Of a DNA stretch of 64,000 nt, positions 1 to 12,730 are shown piece by piece. Both the position numbers and the translations under genes were made by a program. Numbering within the stretch: the first letter of the stretch is position 1; the number at the start of each line of letters is the position of its first letter. Source of the stretch: Callorhinchus milii (Eukaryota). The notes beneath the pieces are model-generated. The model had not been told where the DNA came from, did not search any database, and saw only the letters and a list, made by a program, of their open reading frames with translations. The DNA is taken from NCBI RefSeq assembly GCF_018977255.1, contig NW_024704743.1:101992001-102056000 (forward strand), given 5' to 3'.

Positions 1-335
1 GTGAAAGGTAGGACCTGAACTAGTCAAGGACAGAAACTTGAGGGTTGAGGTGAGAGGATAGATGGTGGAGGAGGATTGAGTGATCTATAGTATCAAAGGC
101 AGCGGAGAGGTCGAGGAGGACGAGGAGGCAGAGGGAGCCCTGGTCACACATGGTCAGGATGGCATTTGTGACCTTGACCAGAGCAGTTTCCGTGCTGTGG
201 GCAGCACAGAAACCGGATTGCAGGGGCTCATGGAGGGAATGGGAGGAGAGGAAAGAGCGAAGTTGGGAGGCAACAGCTCTCTCAAGGACCTGAGACATAA
301 AAGGGAGGTGGGAGATGGGCCGGTAGCTGGATAGC
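1..335 (-). mobile_element. L2-clade LINE fragment (reverse transcriptase region)
   Basis: ORF 20..298(-) has QSGF..AHSTETAL and LVLLDLSAAFDTIDH, RT motifs typical of L2/CR1-group LINEs. Confidence 0.9.
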
Positions 336-1068
336 TGTGATGTCTGTATGTGGTATTGCCCTCAACAATACTGAAGAGATGTACAAACGATTATTGATCC
401 TTTGGGAGCTAAATTTGTTTCAGAATATTCAAAATGGGCACATTTTCATCACATAGCATCTGGACAAGGATTTTATTTTCAGTGCTTTTCTATTGTTCAC
501 GATAGAGTATATTAAAACATCACATTTGCTTTAAAGGGGTCTCATTGTTCTATGATTAAGCTGCCTTAGCCTTCTTGTGTGAAAAATACTGTCATAGTTG
601 TCAAAGGTTAATGGCTGAATGATGACAATTCACAGCTAATTATCATGCACAGTCCAATGTTCACTTCACTACCAATGTATCACTTATCCAGCAGTGTCCA
701 ATCTCAGAATCCTTTTCTATTATTGATTTTGACAAGCGGGCTCTGCTGCCACCTCAAACATATTATCTGGGTAATTATCCTCGGATTCATTTTCAGCTAA
801 TACACCCCTAATAAGAGACTTTCTCGTCTTTATCACACAATATTACTGCAAGGAGTTTGCCTAGAACTCAATAAGAAAGCCTGCCCTGACATTTCTCAAA
901 AGTAAATTAATATTGAATGTCTTTCTAAGGTGCAACTATATATAATACTCCACATTAAATGTTTGTAAGAAAATCATGAAGCCTTTGCTAAAAGAATCCT
1001 TACTACAATGCTGTATCTTGTTTTTCTTTTATCATTCAGGAAATAAAAAAACTGTCTATAGTCTAGAG

Positions 1069-1314
1069 CAGCGGTGGCCAACCTGTGGTCTGGAAGTGGC
1101 TTATGGGGCCATCAAGAAGTACCCCTCCCACACACCCCCATTGTCTAGGAATGTCCATATCCGATTGGTAGTGTATTTTCAGTATTTTATTCATTGAAAG
1201 TTTCTTGATTTAATGGCATAAATCAAGAAATATTTAATCAATAACGTTTGTTTTGTTGGCTGATTAAATTCTCCTAATTTCTAAATGCTCTATTAACTTT
1301 GTTGGCCACCACTG
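1069..1314. mobile_element. hAT (Charlie-like) non-autonomous DNA transposon / MITE
   Basis: TIRs CAGCGGTGGCCAAC ... GTTGGCCACCACTG; 8-bp flanks GTCTAGAG (1061-1068) and GTCTAGTC (1315-1322) resemble the Charlie NTCTAGAN target. Confidence 0.85.
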
Positions 1315-1544
1315 GTCTAGTCTATGGGTTCTTTATTTATTTCCTGCTGAAGTTAATTACTTCACAATTTGGTATGGTAATGATCCAAGAGGAGTAGAGG
1401 GGCAAAGGGATCTGGAGATTCAGATCCATAAGTCTCCTGAAGTAGCTCGATAGGAAGATACTACGATTAAAAAAGACAGTGGGTCTAGGGTTTTATATCC
1501 AGAAGGATAGAATATAAAAGTGAGGAGGTGATTTTGAATTGATA

Positions 1545-2090
1545 CAGAACCTTTGTTCAATTTGGATTTAATTCTGGTCTCTATTCTATGAAAAGGATAT
1601 AGCAATGTTGGAAAGAGTGTAGCATAATTTACAAAGATAATACCATGCCTGGCAATTTACTGCTACCAGGATAGACTATTAGGTTGGACCTTTTTTTGCT
1701 AGAGAAGATATGTTTAAGGGAGGAACAGATTTCAATTCAAAATGAATTGGAACGAAAGGATTCAATAAGGTTAACATATATAGACTTGTTTCCACTGGTT
1801 GGGGATTCTGTAACTATGGGACGCAAATATAACATAGCAACTAGGGGATCTAAAAGAGAATTTAGGAGGAACTACTTATGCAGAAGTACTACTTCACTAC
1901 TTGAAGCGTTGGTTCAATCAGATAGTGTAGGTGCATTCAAGAGGAAGCGAGACCTTCACATGAGGAAGAGGGGAATAGAAGGTATGGGAGGGAGTAAAGA
2001 ATGGGCAATTACTTGTGTGGAATATAAGCACCAGCATGGGTTAGTTGGGCTGAGTGGCTTGTTTCTTTGCTGTGCCTTCTACGTCATACT
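1545..2090 (+). mobile_element. CR1 LINE 3' fragment, degraded
   Basis: CR1 ORF2 C-terminal remnants (LFLLEKICLR, LFPLVGDSVTMG, GAFKRKRD) and 3' UTR motif TGGGCTGAGTGGCTTGTTTCT. Confidence 0.8.
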
Positions 2091-2777
2091 TTGCTTTTAG
2101 GGGAACAAAATGGAATAAGTAAGCATTCACCTTGCATTCCTCTGTTCCTGTACACTTTCAGTCCTGCGGTAGCTACAGCTGGCTGCAGAAAATGGGAACT
2201 CATTCAATTTAGACTAACAAAGTCTATACAGCAAAGTGTCACTGCCTAAATGTTACCAGATGTATAAGCTGTCTTGTTTAAGAAAATGTCATCACCATTC
2301 AAAATATTTGCACTGAATTTGTGATGAGCCTGAATCATTAGAAAAGGACCAAGCAAAATGCTAGAAATGTAAAATAAAATCACAACTAGGGAACCAAATT
2401 GAAAGGAAAGCAAGATTGTTTAAAATAACTGGAAACGAGTGAATGTAATGAGATCACAACTGATGTCCCACTGACTCTATTCCACTGTGCAGATTATGAT
2501 ACTGCAAAATTATAATCTTGCAATACCAGGTACCTCCCTGTACGGCAGGCTCACAATGAGGCATTATAATACAAGGCTGGCTATTATTACAAAGAGCATT
2601 CGTAAAATCTTTATTGTTGCTACACTGTGATATTTTATTGAGCAGTTACTTCTAATCAAGTCTGTCACCCAGGATCCTGGAGGAAGAGTCAGCTTTAAGT
2701 TGAGCACAACTTTTTGCTAAGGCCCTCAGACAAAGATGTGAATCAAGCAGTTAGTGTTGAGTAAACCTGGTGATATG

Positions 2778-3262
2778 CAATACAATACAAATTTACATTT
2801 CTATAGTGCTTTTCATGTCTGAAGGATATCCCAAGGTACTGGAGAGTCTAAGGTTGTACCTGAACTGGGGTGAGGATTGAGGGTATTGGGGGGCAAGGAA
2901 ATGGGAGAAAAGTTACCCAAAAGCGCACTTGAACATGAAGGTCTTGAGTTGGATCTTGAAGGAGGTGAGGGAAAGGATGAGACCAAGGGACTCTGAGATG
3001 GAGTTCCAGAGAATATAGCACAGATATGCTGAAAGCTCAACTACTTATAGTGGAGTTGGTTGGGCAGGGACATGAAGCAGACCAGTGCCTTCTGAGCTGA
3101 AGGAGTGACCGAATTTCCCTGAGGATTTACTAGAGTTTGAGGTTGTTGCAGGAATAGGCTGGCACAAAACCAAAGAGGAATTTTAATCTGAGCAGGAGGA
3201 ATTTGAATTGAATCTGGTGGGGGATGGGGAGTCATTGGAGCTGGGTGAGGATGAGGGTGATA
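2778..3262 (-). mobile_element. L2 3' fragment, degraded
   Basis: Reverse complement of the L2 3' end shared with other copies in the window. Confidence 0.7.
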
Positions 3263-3510
3263 GGCTCCCAGAGTCGCATTTGAATTGGATTGAGACCTCT
3301 AGAAACCCAAGTTAATCTACTAAGGTCCTTCCACCACACTGAAGGAAGGTGTCTGTTGGATATGGAAATTTCTGAGGAATGAAATCTCTGAGCTCCAAGA
3401 AGAAGCAGCTTACCTTCTCCATCTCCACACCCACTCTACCCTCCCCCACACCCAAAGTAAGTCACTAGTTGGTCATTTGAAATCCAAAAAGTGTAATATT
3501 AATAATAACA

Positions 3511-3866
3511 TAATAATAATCCTTGGATTTGATATAGCGCTTGATCACGTTTTTGAGATGTCTCAAAGAGCTTCACAGAATATACTGTAAAGTGAATTGA
3601 CTGTATATTTTGTGGGCAAAAGCAGCAGTTAATTGCTCACAACAATGTCCCATAAACAGTTGTGGATTGCGTGAGCAATTTTTTTTAAGGAATTGTTACC
3701 TCGGAAAGTGATCTGCAAATTGACTAACAATCGGGTTATGTCGTACTCATAGCGAAACAAAGATGATGGAGTGAGGAAACTTGCCCAATATTTTCCCTGC
3801 CGCAAATCGAATCCAGGTCTCTCGCTTGCGAGGTGAGTGCTCTAACCACTGAGCTACAGGACTCCA
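3511..3866 (-). mobile_element. tRNA-derived Deu-type SINE, long variant
   Basis: Head TGGAGTCCTGTAGCTCAGTGGTTAGAGC on minus strand, Deu-like core, (TTA)n tail, extra internal segment. Confidence 0.85.
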
Positions 3867-4404
3867 TTTTATAGTACTACATTTGAAATTTGCAGCTTAT
3901 TTACCTAATTTTAAAGGACCTATTTGGGCATATCAGAATTACAATTTATCACATTTAATTTAATTATCAAAATACATCCATGTTGTGAAATCAAACCTCT
4001 CCTTGCATACCATTCTCAAATCTGACTAACCTACTTTGTGAAAGACCGTAATAAGTTATTTCTATTTTTTTTAACCTCACCCCAGAAATCCCTCTTCTAA
4101 CATCTGCCCCAACAAGGCAGCGTGAATTAATAAAATAGTGAAACTTCTTCAGAGAATAATGCAGTTTGTCTTCACTACATTATGTTTTTTGGAAATCACT
4201 CATTTGTTATGTTACAATGGAAATGCATGCTACAACAAATATCCTCTAGAATATTATATAAAATTTAATCTGAAAATCACTGAAATTATATGTTAAAAAT
4301 ATTACTTGAAAGTGATTACAACAAAAATGATCATCACCTGAGAATTGCTGGATAAGGAACAATTGATACATCACTAAGCCCTAAGGTAAAGGTCAATGTC
4401 CATT

Positions 4405-4810
4405 GTTTCTGTTTAGATAGCACTCTTGCCTCGGAGTGAGAAGGATGTGGGATTAAGTCCCACATTGAGCTCATAGTCTATTCTGACATTCCAATACAGT
4501 TAATGGAGCACTGCTTTGTTGGAGATGCTGTCCTTCATATGAGACATTAAACCGGGATCCCATCTGCCTGTTGTACATTCAAAAGCCTACAACACTATTC
4601 CAAAAGACCAGTGTCCTAGCTAACAATCCCTCAGCTAACGTTGATTATTCATTTCATGGCTGTTTGTGTGATATTGCTTTGTGCAAATTGGCTGCCACGT
4701 TTGTTAGAAAATATAGTCACTTCATTTCACAGTAAAAATTCTGTGATGTACTTTGAAAGGTTCTGACAAGATGATAAGGTACTATTTCAAATGCAACAAT
4801 AATTATTATT
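4405..4810 (+). mobile_element. Older tRNA-derived Deu-SINE (SacSINE1/AmnSINE-like)
   Basis: TAGCACTCTTGCCTC head, GAGACATTAAACC body, GCTGTTTGTG..TGTGCAAATTGGCTGCC Deu core. Confidence 0.75.
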
Positions 4811-5154
4811 TGTGCAGGATCACACCTTCTAGATTGAAAGATAGAATAAATAATCTGTTCCCGGGCGTCTCTTTTCAAATAGTTACAACCTGCCCAGAAA
4901 TAATTCACTTTCAATGTACATTTTATTTGGATGCCAACTTCCAATTCTCTGTTCATCTTTGAGCCTAAGACCATTTGACATTCAATCTCTGTAATGTGGA
5001 GATTAATCTTCTTTGTGTTTCTTCTTTAAGATTATGGCATACATATCAACGATGGGGTAAAATTTGTGGTAACTTTTAGTTATCCACTGGCGTTAATTTT
5101 GAATCACTGCAAACTTCATACAGTAATAATAACAATAATAATTACTATTATTAC

Positions 5155-5550
5155 TACTGTAATAAATAAAGAATCAAATAGATTGTACATTTGGAATTAT
5201 TGATGTGGCTATCCCAATTGATTGCAATGTAAAAAATAAGGAAAATCAGGAAATATATCGATCTACAAATTGAGTGTGGATGCATGTGGCAATGTAAAAC
5301 AAACATAGTTCCTATAATCATCAGTGCAACTGGAACTGTCCATAAGGCTATGCAAAAAAGGCTTGATAAAATACCTGGTAAACAAAATATCAATCTCCTG
5401 TAAAATTTAACTATTTAAGGAAGCTCAAATATATTAAGAAAAGTAACATCCAATCATATGTAAAGTGGCAGTGTTATTGGTCCAGCTGACTCATCACTGA
5501 AAACCATTTAGAAATTTCCTCTACAGAGTAATTTAAATTGTAATATCATA
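5155..5550 (+). mobile_element. R4/Dong(Rex6)-like non-LTR retrotransposon 3' fragment (restriction-like endonuclease)
   Basis: Frameshifted translation IIDVAIPIDCNVKNKE / KYIDLQIECGCMWQCKTNIVPIIISATGTVHKAMQKRLDKIPG...GSSNILRKV; TAA-rich repeats on both sides. Confidence 0.8.
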
Positions 5551-5668
5551 ATAATAATAACAAACCTTGCATTTGATATAGCGCCTTATCACATCATTGA
5601 GACATTTCAGGAAATGCTGTAAAGTGTAGTGATTGTGTATGTTTTGTGGGCGAACCTGGCAGCCAATA
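5551..5668 (-). mobile_element. Deu-SINE 3' fragment
   Basis: (TAA)n-CCTTGCATTTGATATAGCG tail, as in other SINE copies. Confidence 0.75.
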
Positions 5669-6204
5669 CTCCTATATCTCCATGTTGTGTATGATAATCT
5701 GAAAGAGGGCACTCAGCTTCCCCTTCACTGGATTGTTGACTTGAATGTTGGTAGGAAAACATCTTATTTGGAATAATTGGTGACTGTAAAGTGTACTCAA
5801 GCCAATTACATTTGCCTCTTCAATAACTGGCTAAATTGTTACTGTACTTTTAGTCCACTTAAAGAAATTTTGTTTAATGTTTTGTGAAACGCATATTGGA
5901 AAGTGCAATGAGTTGTTCCAGCCAAATAAATTAACTTTACGTTAAACTTCTTATTTTGTCTTCTTGACAGGGAATTACTAGGGAAATTGCTGACCATCCG
6001 AAAGATGATTCTGAAGTTTCCTCTGTTGTTTGTAGTTGGATTCATTGCTTCAAATTGACTCTAATTCCAGTTTGCTTAAAAAAGCCTCAGGCTCAAATAT
6101 TTAAATAGCTTTCAGTTTTAATCAAAAATGAGATTTTTTGACATCAAACTATTTTTTCTAAGGAGTTAGTAATGATTGTCCTTACATGATTATGGCCAGG
6201 TTTT

Positions 6205-6625
6205 TGCCTGATTCAGTTGGTAGCACTCTTGCCTTTGAGACAGAAGATTCTTTCACTTTCAGAAATATAATTTAACATTTCTGGGTTAAGGAGGGAGAGG
6301 GTGGGCCAGATAAAATGGATGGGGTGGGGGGTGGGTAGGGATGAAACTAAACCGCAGCCGCCAATTGGACCATCCTGAGGTAGGTGATAAAGATCTCATG
6401 TTACCATTCGAAAAGAGAAGGGAGTTTTACCTATGCCCTGGCCAACATTTCCCCCATACAAAATTGGTCATCCACTTCATGGCTGGTTGTGGGACATTGT
6501 TGTGTGCAAATTAGCTGCTGTGTTTGCCTAAAAAAATCTATAACCCTTACACTTTACAGCAATTTCTTTGAGGCTTCCTCCCAACATGAAAGGTGCTACA
6601 TCAAATCTAAGAATTACTATTATTT
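6205..6625 (+). mobile_element. Older Deu-SINE, interrupted and degraded
   Basis: Head TCAGTTGGTAGCACTCTTGCC at ~6213; Deu core GTGGGACATTG..GTGCAAATTAGCTGC at ~6490; tail at ~6600. Confidence 0.65.
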
Positions 6626-7887
6626 ATTTTACAGTCACAAAATGAACAACAAAACAACAATGCACAATCCAAAAGTTTTTTGTTTGCAGATCACGGTGTA
6701 AGAAATTCATATTGATTTGAGGATTTATTTGAATACTGCAACAAATAATCAGAATAATTTTCTTAATCAATAGTGCCCTTGCACCCAATAGTGTTTGAAG
6801 CACATTTTGAAATGCAAGACACATCTCGGCTTGATTTTCATGCTGCTGTCTATTCTTTTTAGTTCAGACAATAGTCAGTAGACAAAGACCTAGGGTCCCA
6901 GGTATTCTTTTTGGAGTTTTATTGAGTTCATGTTGCTTTCAGAGTGCTACTTTAGTAAAATAGGAAAACTATGTTAAACAAAAAGCAAAGTGATCAATAC
7001 ACAAAGATAGCCAGGGTAATTTGTTTTGCATTTTTTTGTAAGTTGACTGTGCTGGGTAAAGATCTTTCCATGGATCATATTCCCACTGCTTCTATGCTTG
7101 AAGAGAAAATTGATGCAGAAGCAGAGTGTAGAGGGACTCTCAACCTCAAACACCTGATGCTAATCAGGACTGAATCCAACATAAGCTTCTGTGAAATGGA
7201 CCTCTTGGAAACTGTGAAATGGTGGACTTTGGAGGAGAAGTACAAATGTGTGTGAGGTCTAATGTACAGCAAATGTTTCAGTGTGATTCTTTAATACAAA
7301 CAATTAAATTTTACCCCTGCCCAATAATCCAGTTAAAAACCTAGATTGTGTCCCCCATTAATATTATTTTCTCCAACTTAAGAAGTTTGCATGACCTAGT
7401 GATGTATTTGTCCATGAAAGTCAAGGGCCTTGATTTCTGCTGCTTGCCACTCATTAGGAATCATACTTCTTGATTGATGGTAAATTAAAAACTTTATTAG
7501 AGCCAACAAATGAAGCACAATAAAGCCGAGTATTCAATGGAGCATTTGGCAAAACATTGTGTTTGATCAGTCAGGAAATCGGATCCACTATCGTTCTATT
7601 ATAATCATATCTAGTTGAACATACTTTTTCTTTTTTAGTGAACTTGTTAACTTCAAATTAGGTGTTATAGTTCTCCAATGTGCTATATCTGGCTTCTGCA
7701 TTCGGTAAGTGGTCAGAATAATTTTCAGGCTGTGGACTGAGCTGCACATCACAGATTAGTTTTTGAAGTTATAAGCTAAGTCCTAATTGGAAACTTGAGT
7801 TGAGATCAAAATAAATGCATTAAAGAACAATTAAAGTGATCATGAGAAATGCTCTGTTTTGCCAAGTTTTCTCTGTTAATATGCTGA

Positions 7888-9320
7888 TTACAACAACAAA
7901 ATTACATTTGTAAAGTGCCTTTCATGTCGAGAGGACATCCTAAGGTGCTGAACAGTTGGGGATCAGGACTCGATTGTCTGGGGGGGAGGCAGAATTGAGA
8001 TGAGGGAGGGCAGAGAGTAGGAGGGCTGCTGAAGGCACCGTTGAAAAGTAGGGTCTTGAGTCGTGCCTTGAAGGAGGCAAAGGAGGGAGCAAGAGAAAGG
8101 GATTGTGGAATGGAGTTCCAAAGGGTGGGGGCAGAGAGGCTGAAAGCCCGGCTGCCGATGGTTGGGCGGGTCAGGCAGGAGACATGCAGCAGGTCGAAGC
8201 CTGCTGAACAGAGGGAATAGGCAGGTTGATAGGGGGTTAGCAGGACAGAGAAGTATGAAGGGGCTAAATAAATAAAATAAATAAATAAATCCTTGCATTT
8301 GATATAGCGCTTTTCATGTCGGGAGGACGTCCCAAAGCGCTTCACAGAACACACTGTAAAGTGAATTGACTGTATATTTGTGGGTGAACGCGGCAGTCAA
8401 TTGCGCACAGCAATGTCCCACAAACAGTCGTAGATTGAAAATGACCAATTTATTATTGGTTTTGGTTTTGGAGGGATTATTATTAGGCGTGTGGAGTAAG
8501 GAAACTTGCCCAAGGTTTCGCCCTGCCTGTTGAACTCAGGTCTCTCACTTGCAAAGCGAGTGCTCTAACCACTGAGCTACAGGACTCCACATGGAGGGCA
8601 TTGAAAGTGAGGATGAGGATTTTGAATTCTATCCTCTGAGAAGCCAGTGGAGCCAGGTGAGGGTGGGTGAGGGGTCACGGAACCTGGTGCTGGAGAAGAC
8701 ATAAGCTGCAAAGTTTTGGATGATCTGCAGCTTGTGGAATTAGGATTTGGGGTGACCAACAAGGAGGGAGTTAAGGTGTTGACACCTTTCAGGTGTCGAA
8801 TGCATTGATGAGGGTTTCAGCAGCCTGAGGAATGAAGCAGTGGCGGAGTCGGACAATGTTGCGGAAGTGGGGGAAGGCAGAGCGGGTCATGGCATGGATA
8901 TAGGGTAGAAAGAATAGTTGAGAGTCGAACAAGATGCCCAGGTTCTTGACTGGCTTGGTAAGGGGGAGTGTGCCTCCGTGGATGCTGATGATACCAGTAA
9001 CTGAGGTGCAGAGGTATTGATGCAAGCCAATCAGGAGGGCCTCAGCTGACATTCAGTTGTAGAAAGTTGACTCTCATCCAGACTTGATGTCTGATAGACA
9101 GTCTGTCGGGACATCAGTTGTTCTGGAATCAAGGGTGGAGGTAGAGATATGAAGTTGAGTGTCATCCGCATACATGTGAAAGTCAACCCCATGTCTGCAG
9201 ATGATGTCTCCAAGGGGGAGAATGTCGAGATTGAAGAGGGCGGGACTGAGGACAGAGCCCTGAGGAACACCACACCAGACTGTGCGGGGGCTGGAAGAGA
9301 AACCGTTGGCAGAGACAAAA
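7888..9320 (-). mobile_element. L2 3' ~1.1 kb fragment interrupted by a SINE
   Basis: RAFSLSAPTLWNSIP, FKARLKT, KPVKNLGILFD, AAETLINAF and a YADD-encoding region at ~9160; (TTG)n tail at 7888. Confidence 0.9.
8266..8588 (-). mobile_element. Young tRNA-derived Deu-SINE inserted in L2
   Basis: Full head to tail; the tail is (TTTA)n here. Confidence 0.9.
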
Positions 9321-10336
9321 TGTGATTAAATGCAGAACCATATACACTTACAATGTCCAGAGCTATAGTTCTGCTAGAACACAATTAAGAGTCATCAGCC
9401 TATAAGAAGCAGATGTAAATGGCTTGGTAGTAACACAAGAATGCTCTGAAAGTTACTTACTGGAGACTTTTTAAAGAAAAGGCAGAAGTATAAACCAGGA
9501 TTGCAGTCACCTTGAGTTCTATATTGAGGTACAGGGCTGTTCCAGTATAAAATTAAATTCCTTTATATCATTATCTCAGCATCAGATAACTGTGTCTAAC
9601 ATTCAAGCTGTGCAGAAATAATATAATTATCAATTTATTTATTTTCAGCACACCATCCTACCAGACCTCAGAGTGGAGCCACGGGTCAGACATGTTTCCA
9701 TTAACATGTCAGGCAAGCAGGGAAACAACCTGAAATTCACAGCCCCAAAAGATTCTGGACTCAGAAGCTCGTGCAATGCTTGAAAGTGAAATAGATACTT
9801 GGGATGAGATGTTATGAAGGGTAAAGAATACAACAAATTGACACGAAATTATGTGATGGCACAACAGGCTCAGTGTGCTCAATAGCCTCTTGCTGTTATG
9901 TTCTTGTGTTCCTAAATCCAGGGAAAAGAGAGTGAGTTAAAAGTATGAGCTGTTAAGCAGTATTGTTTAGGAACTGTGTGTTGCCTTTAACTGGGTGTCT
10001 GATATGTGTGGAAACCGATCACTGTGCTTAAGAATATTCAAACGGGACTGAGAGTTCCACATATCTATGTCACCGACAAATGGAAATCCATGACTGGAAT
10101 GGAATGGGCATTTTATCCCAATAATTACAGCGCCTCAATATATTTCAGCAATTATTCAGTTCAAATCAATTTTTGAATAATAAACTTAGGGTGAATTTAT
10201 GCCATTTCATAAGTCATTCAGATGAAATGTGAAACCAGGGTCCTGTCTACCTTTTCAGATGGATATTACAAAACCACAAATTTCACCCCATAGATTTCAA
10301 TACATAGAAAAAGATGTAAAAAGATTAGGTTATATA

Positions 10337-10759
10337 TAACAACACAATTACATTTGTATAACACCTTTCACGTTGGGAAGAAGTCCCAAGGCGCTGGACT
10401 GACAGAGTTTTGGACCCGAGCTGGGAGTTGGGATTGTGGAGGGTGCAGGTTAGGGTGGGAAGCAGGGAGATCAAAAGCACGGTCGAAGAGGAAAGGTCTT
10501 CAGATGGGTCTTGAAGGAGGCAAGGGAGGGGGCGAGGTGGGGGGACTGCGGGTTGGAGTTCCAGAAGGTGGGGGCAGAGTGGCAGAAGGCTTGCCTGGTG
10601 GGGTGGGTGAGGTGGGAGAAGTGAAGCAGGCTGGAGCCCACTGAGCAGAGGGAGCGAGCAGGATGGTAGGGGATTAGGAGGTCACAGAAGAAGGGGGGAA
10701 GCAAGACCATGGAGGGCTTTGAAAGTGAGGACCAGGATCTTGAACTGTATCCTCTGTGT
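10337..10759 (-). mobile_element. 3' part of a near full-length L2, split by the LTR element
   Basis: QAFCHSAPTFWNS / SFKTHLKT; breaks at ...TGAACTGTATCCTCTGTGT and resumes at 15091 GTGGGAAGCCAGTGGAG. Confidence 0.9.
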
Positions 10760-11401
10760 TGTTGTGATATACCGATCCCGAGGATTCGAAATAATGACTC
10801 AACAATCCTTAATAAAGGTATAATAGTTTATTATTCACAAACAGTTTATGAGTATATAGCAAAATAGGTAAACAGTCATACTACCAGTTCTATGTAGTCT
10901 GTAGGCTGATTTCAGTCTTTCGTGTCGGCTTCTCAGGCTCAAGCTTTTGCAATACTGACGTTCTCTCGTTCTCTCTCTCTCTGCTTCCACCCCTCTCTGT
11001 CTGGTGGCACCCGAATTATACTAAATTCCCTTCTGACCTTTGCTCCGGCCAGATAAGATTATGGCCCTTGGAATTTTGGTCTTCCTTTGTCCTGTGTAAC
11101 CTGATCTATGAGGTTTCTCTGGAATAGAGACAGGCTTCACCGTATCTCAGTACTGTCCTTGAGAGTGTAGCTAACTTACAAGAAAAAGCTTTCAGACACA
11201 CATTCCATTGTCCTGGTACCAGGCTCAGGGTCTTCCCCTTATCTCCAGATGGCTCTTACCTCATACATCAGGACTAAAGGTTGTGCCTGCTTCTCACAGT
11301 GCCTGAAACCAACAGACTCAGCATTCTCTTAACGTTTTAGACTAATATTTTATAATTGCTATAATGTGTTATAATTTCTATATATTTCAGCTAATCTAAC
11401 A
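10760..11401 (-). repeat. 3' LTR (642 bp)
   Basis: Minus strand starts TGTTAG immediately after a polypurine tract and ends CACAACA; minus-strand AATAAA at 10827-10832 and TATAA-like motif near 11016-11020. Confidence 0.85.
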
Positions 11402-11412
11402 GTCCCCATCTT
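11402..11412 (-). promoter_or_regulatory. Polypurine tract
   Basis: AAGATGGGGAC abutting the 3' LTR start. Confidence 0.75.
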
Positions 11413-12296
11413 GAGACTGAAATAATGATAATAATGAGGTCTCACAAATACACCAAGACCAATAAAGCGAATAAAAAAAACAACATAAAGACACAATCAT
11501 TGTAAATAAAATTATGGCTTCGGCAATCACAAAAGGGTAAGACATGAGTAATAAAGTTCAATGCAATTAATTAATCAGATTGATACAGTGGCTGTGATTA
11601 GGAATCAACTTGTTAACGATCACACGACTTGTGGTTCGATCAATGTTGATTGTAGAATATCTCTTCTTACGATCGGTTAGACTTGTCTTCTTTCCCAAAC
11701 TTAATCTTTTAGTCACATCCGCCAAGTCGCCAGTGAGACCTTCAACAGCTTGTTTTTACCATTCACTGTAGGGTTAAAAACATATCCTTCAAAGTCGGTA
11801 TACTCCTTTTGTTCTTGGCAACCTTTATGTGCTGATGTTACCAATGTTCTTGAGAGTCCATAGAATCAGTTCTATTTCAGCCAAACAAGTCATGAGTCTT
11901 TGCGAAATTCGTTTTGGTCAACTTAAGACAAACTAGAATTCTGGGTTTGCGAAATGTCCAGTCCCCACCTCGAGTGGGTCAAGCTGACAACACAGCCCAA
12001 TATCACCATCAGAATCTTCACAATTCCCTTTTACCTCAGCCACTACATCAATCCTTTCAACCAATATTAGCATCTGTAATTACAGCACATCATTATCAAT
12101 AATATCACGATTAACAAACAGTATGGGCACAGAAATTTGAAATATTATTTCAGTGGATGTTCTCTCTATCCTTGCCCGCTGGCTTCGAGCATTACTGAAA
12201 TACTGGAATAGACAAAGTAAATGTTCATAAAATAAATCAGAACAATGACATTCTTAATACTATCACTTCTCCTTCTTGAACTATCACAGTGTTTAC

Positions 12297-12536
12297 CTAT
12301 CGACCCCGTCACCACATGCTCTACCACATCCGACGCATACAAAACCCGCGCAGTTGTGAAGTAGATGATTGATTGGGTTGTACTTGTCCACTCACCTCCC
12401 CCCAGGACGGTCGAGCTGAAATTGAATGTGAAGACCGGCTTTGTAGGTGGGAAGATAAGCGAAGTATAAGTCGTCCCAGATGAAGTTGCTGGAAGAAAAG
12501 CGACCTCCATAGGGTGTAACGAGCCATTGTCAGCAT
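12297..12536 (-). other. Candidate 240-nt phase-1 exon in LTR-element cargo
   Basis: ttcctacag|ATGCTG...GATAG|gtaaac; open frame ADNGSLHPMEVAFLPATSSGTTYTSLIFPPTKPVFTFNFSSTVLGG...VVTGSI; alternative donor GAG|gtgagt at 12396 also keeps phase. Confidence 0.5.
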
Positions 12537-12694
12537 CTGTAGGAACTAAATCACAAAGTGAAATCTCCTGTTTCTTTGAACACTTTAGTTGGTTAATGTG
12601 ATTGCAGTAAAGTTGGTGACCATAATGTGAAGAGGGAATAGAAATTTGATCTATTTGTGCTACTGTCTCAAAATACTTGCACTACTGGCTTTAC

Positions 12695-12730
12695 CAGGGA
12701 TTCCAAGTGCATCTTGGACATGATCATTAG
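12695..12730 (-). other. Candidate 36-nt phase-1 exon in LTR-element cargo
   Basis: tatttatag|CTAATG...CCCTG|gtaaag; NDHVQDALGIP, in frame with the 240-nt exon. Confidence 0.4.

Noticed and set aside
2101..2118. 18-nt micro-exon-like unit (ttttag|...|gtaagc)
   Set aside because: Acceptor overlaps a CR1 3' end; no linked exon or homology support
5971..6027. Acceptor followed by GITREIADHPKDDSEVSSV
   Set aside because: Weak donor and no recognisable homology
12255..12285. SRRRS as an Env furin site
   Set aside because: Does not fit R-X-X-R; no heptad repeat or CX6CC motif seen downstream
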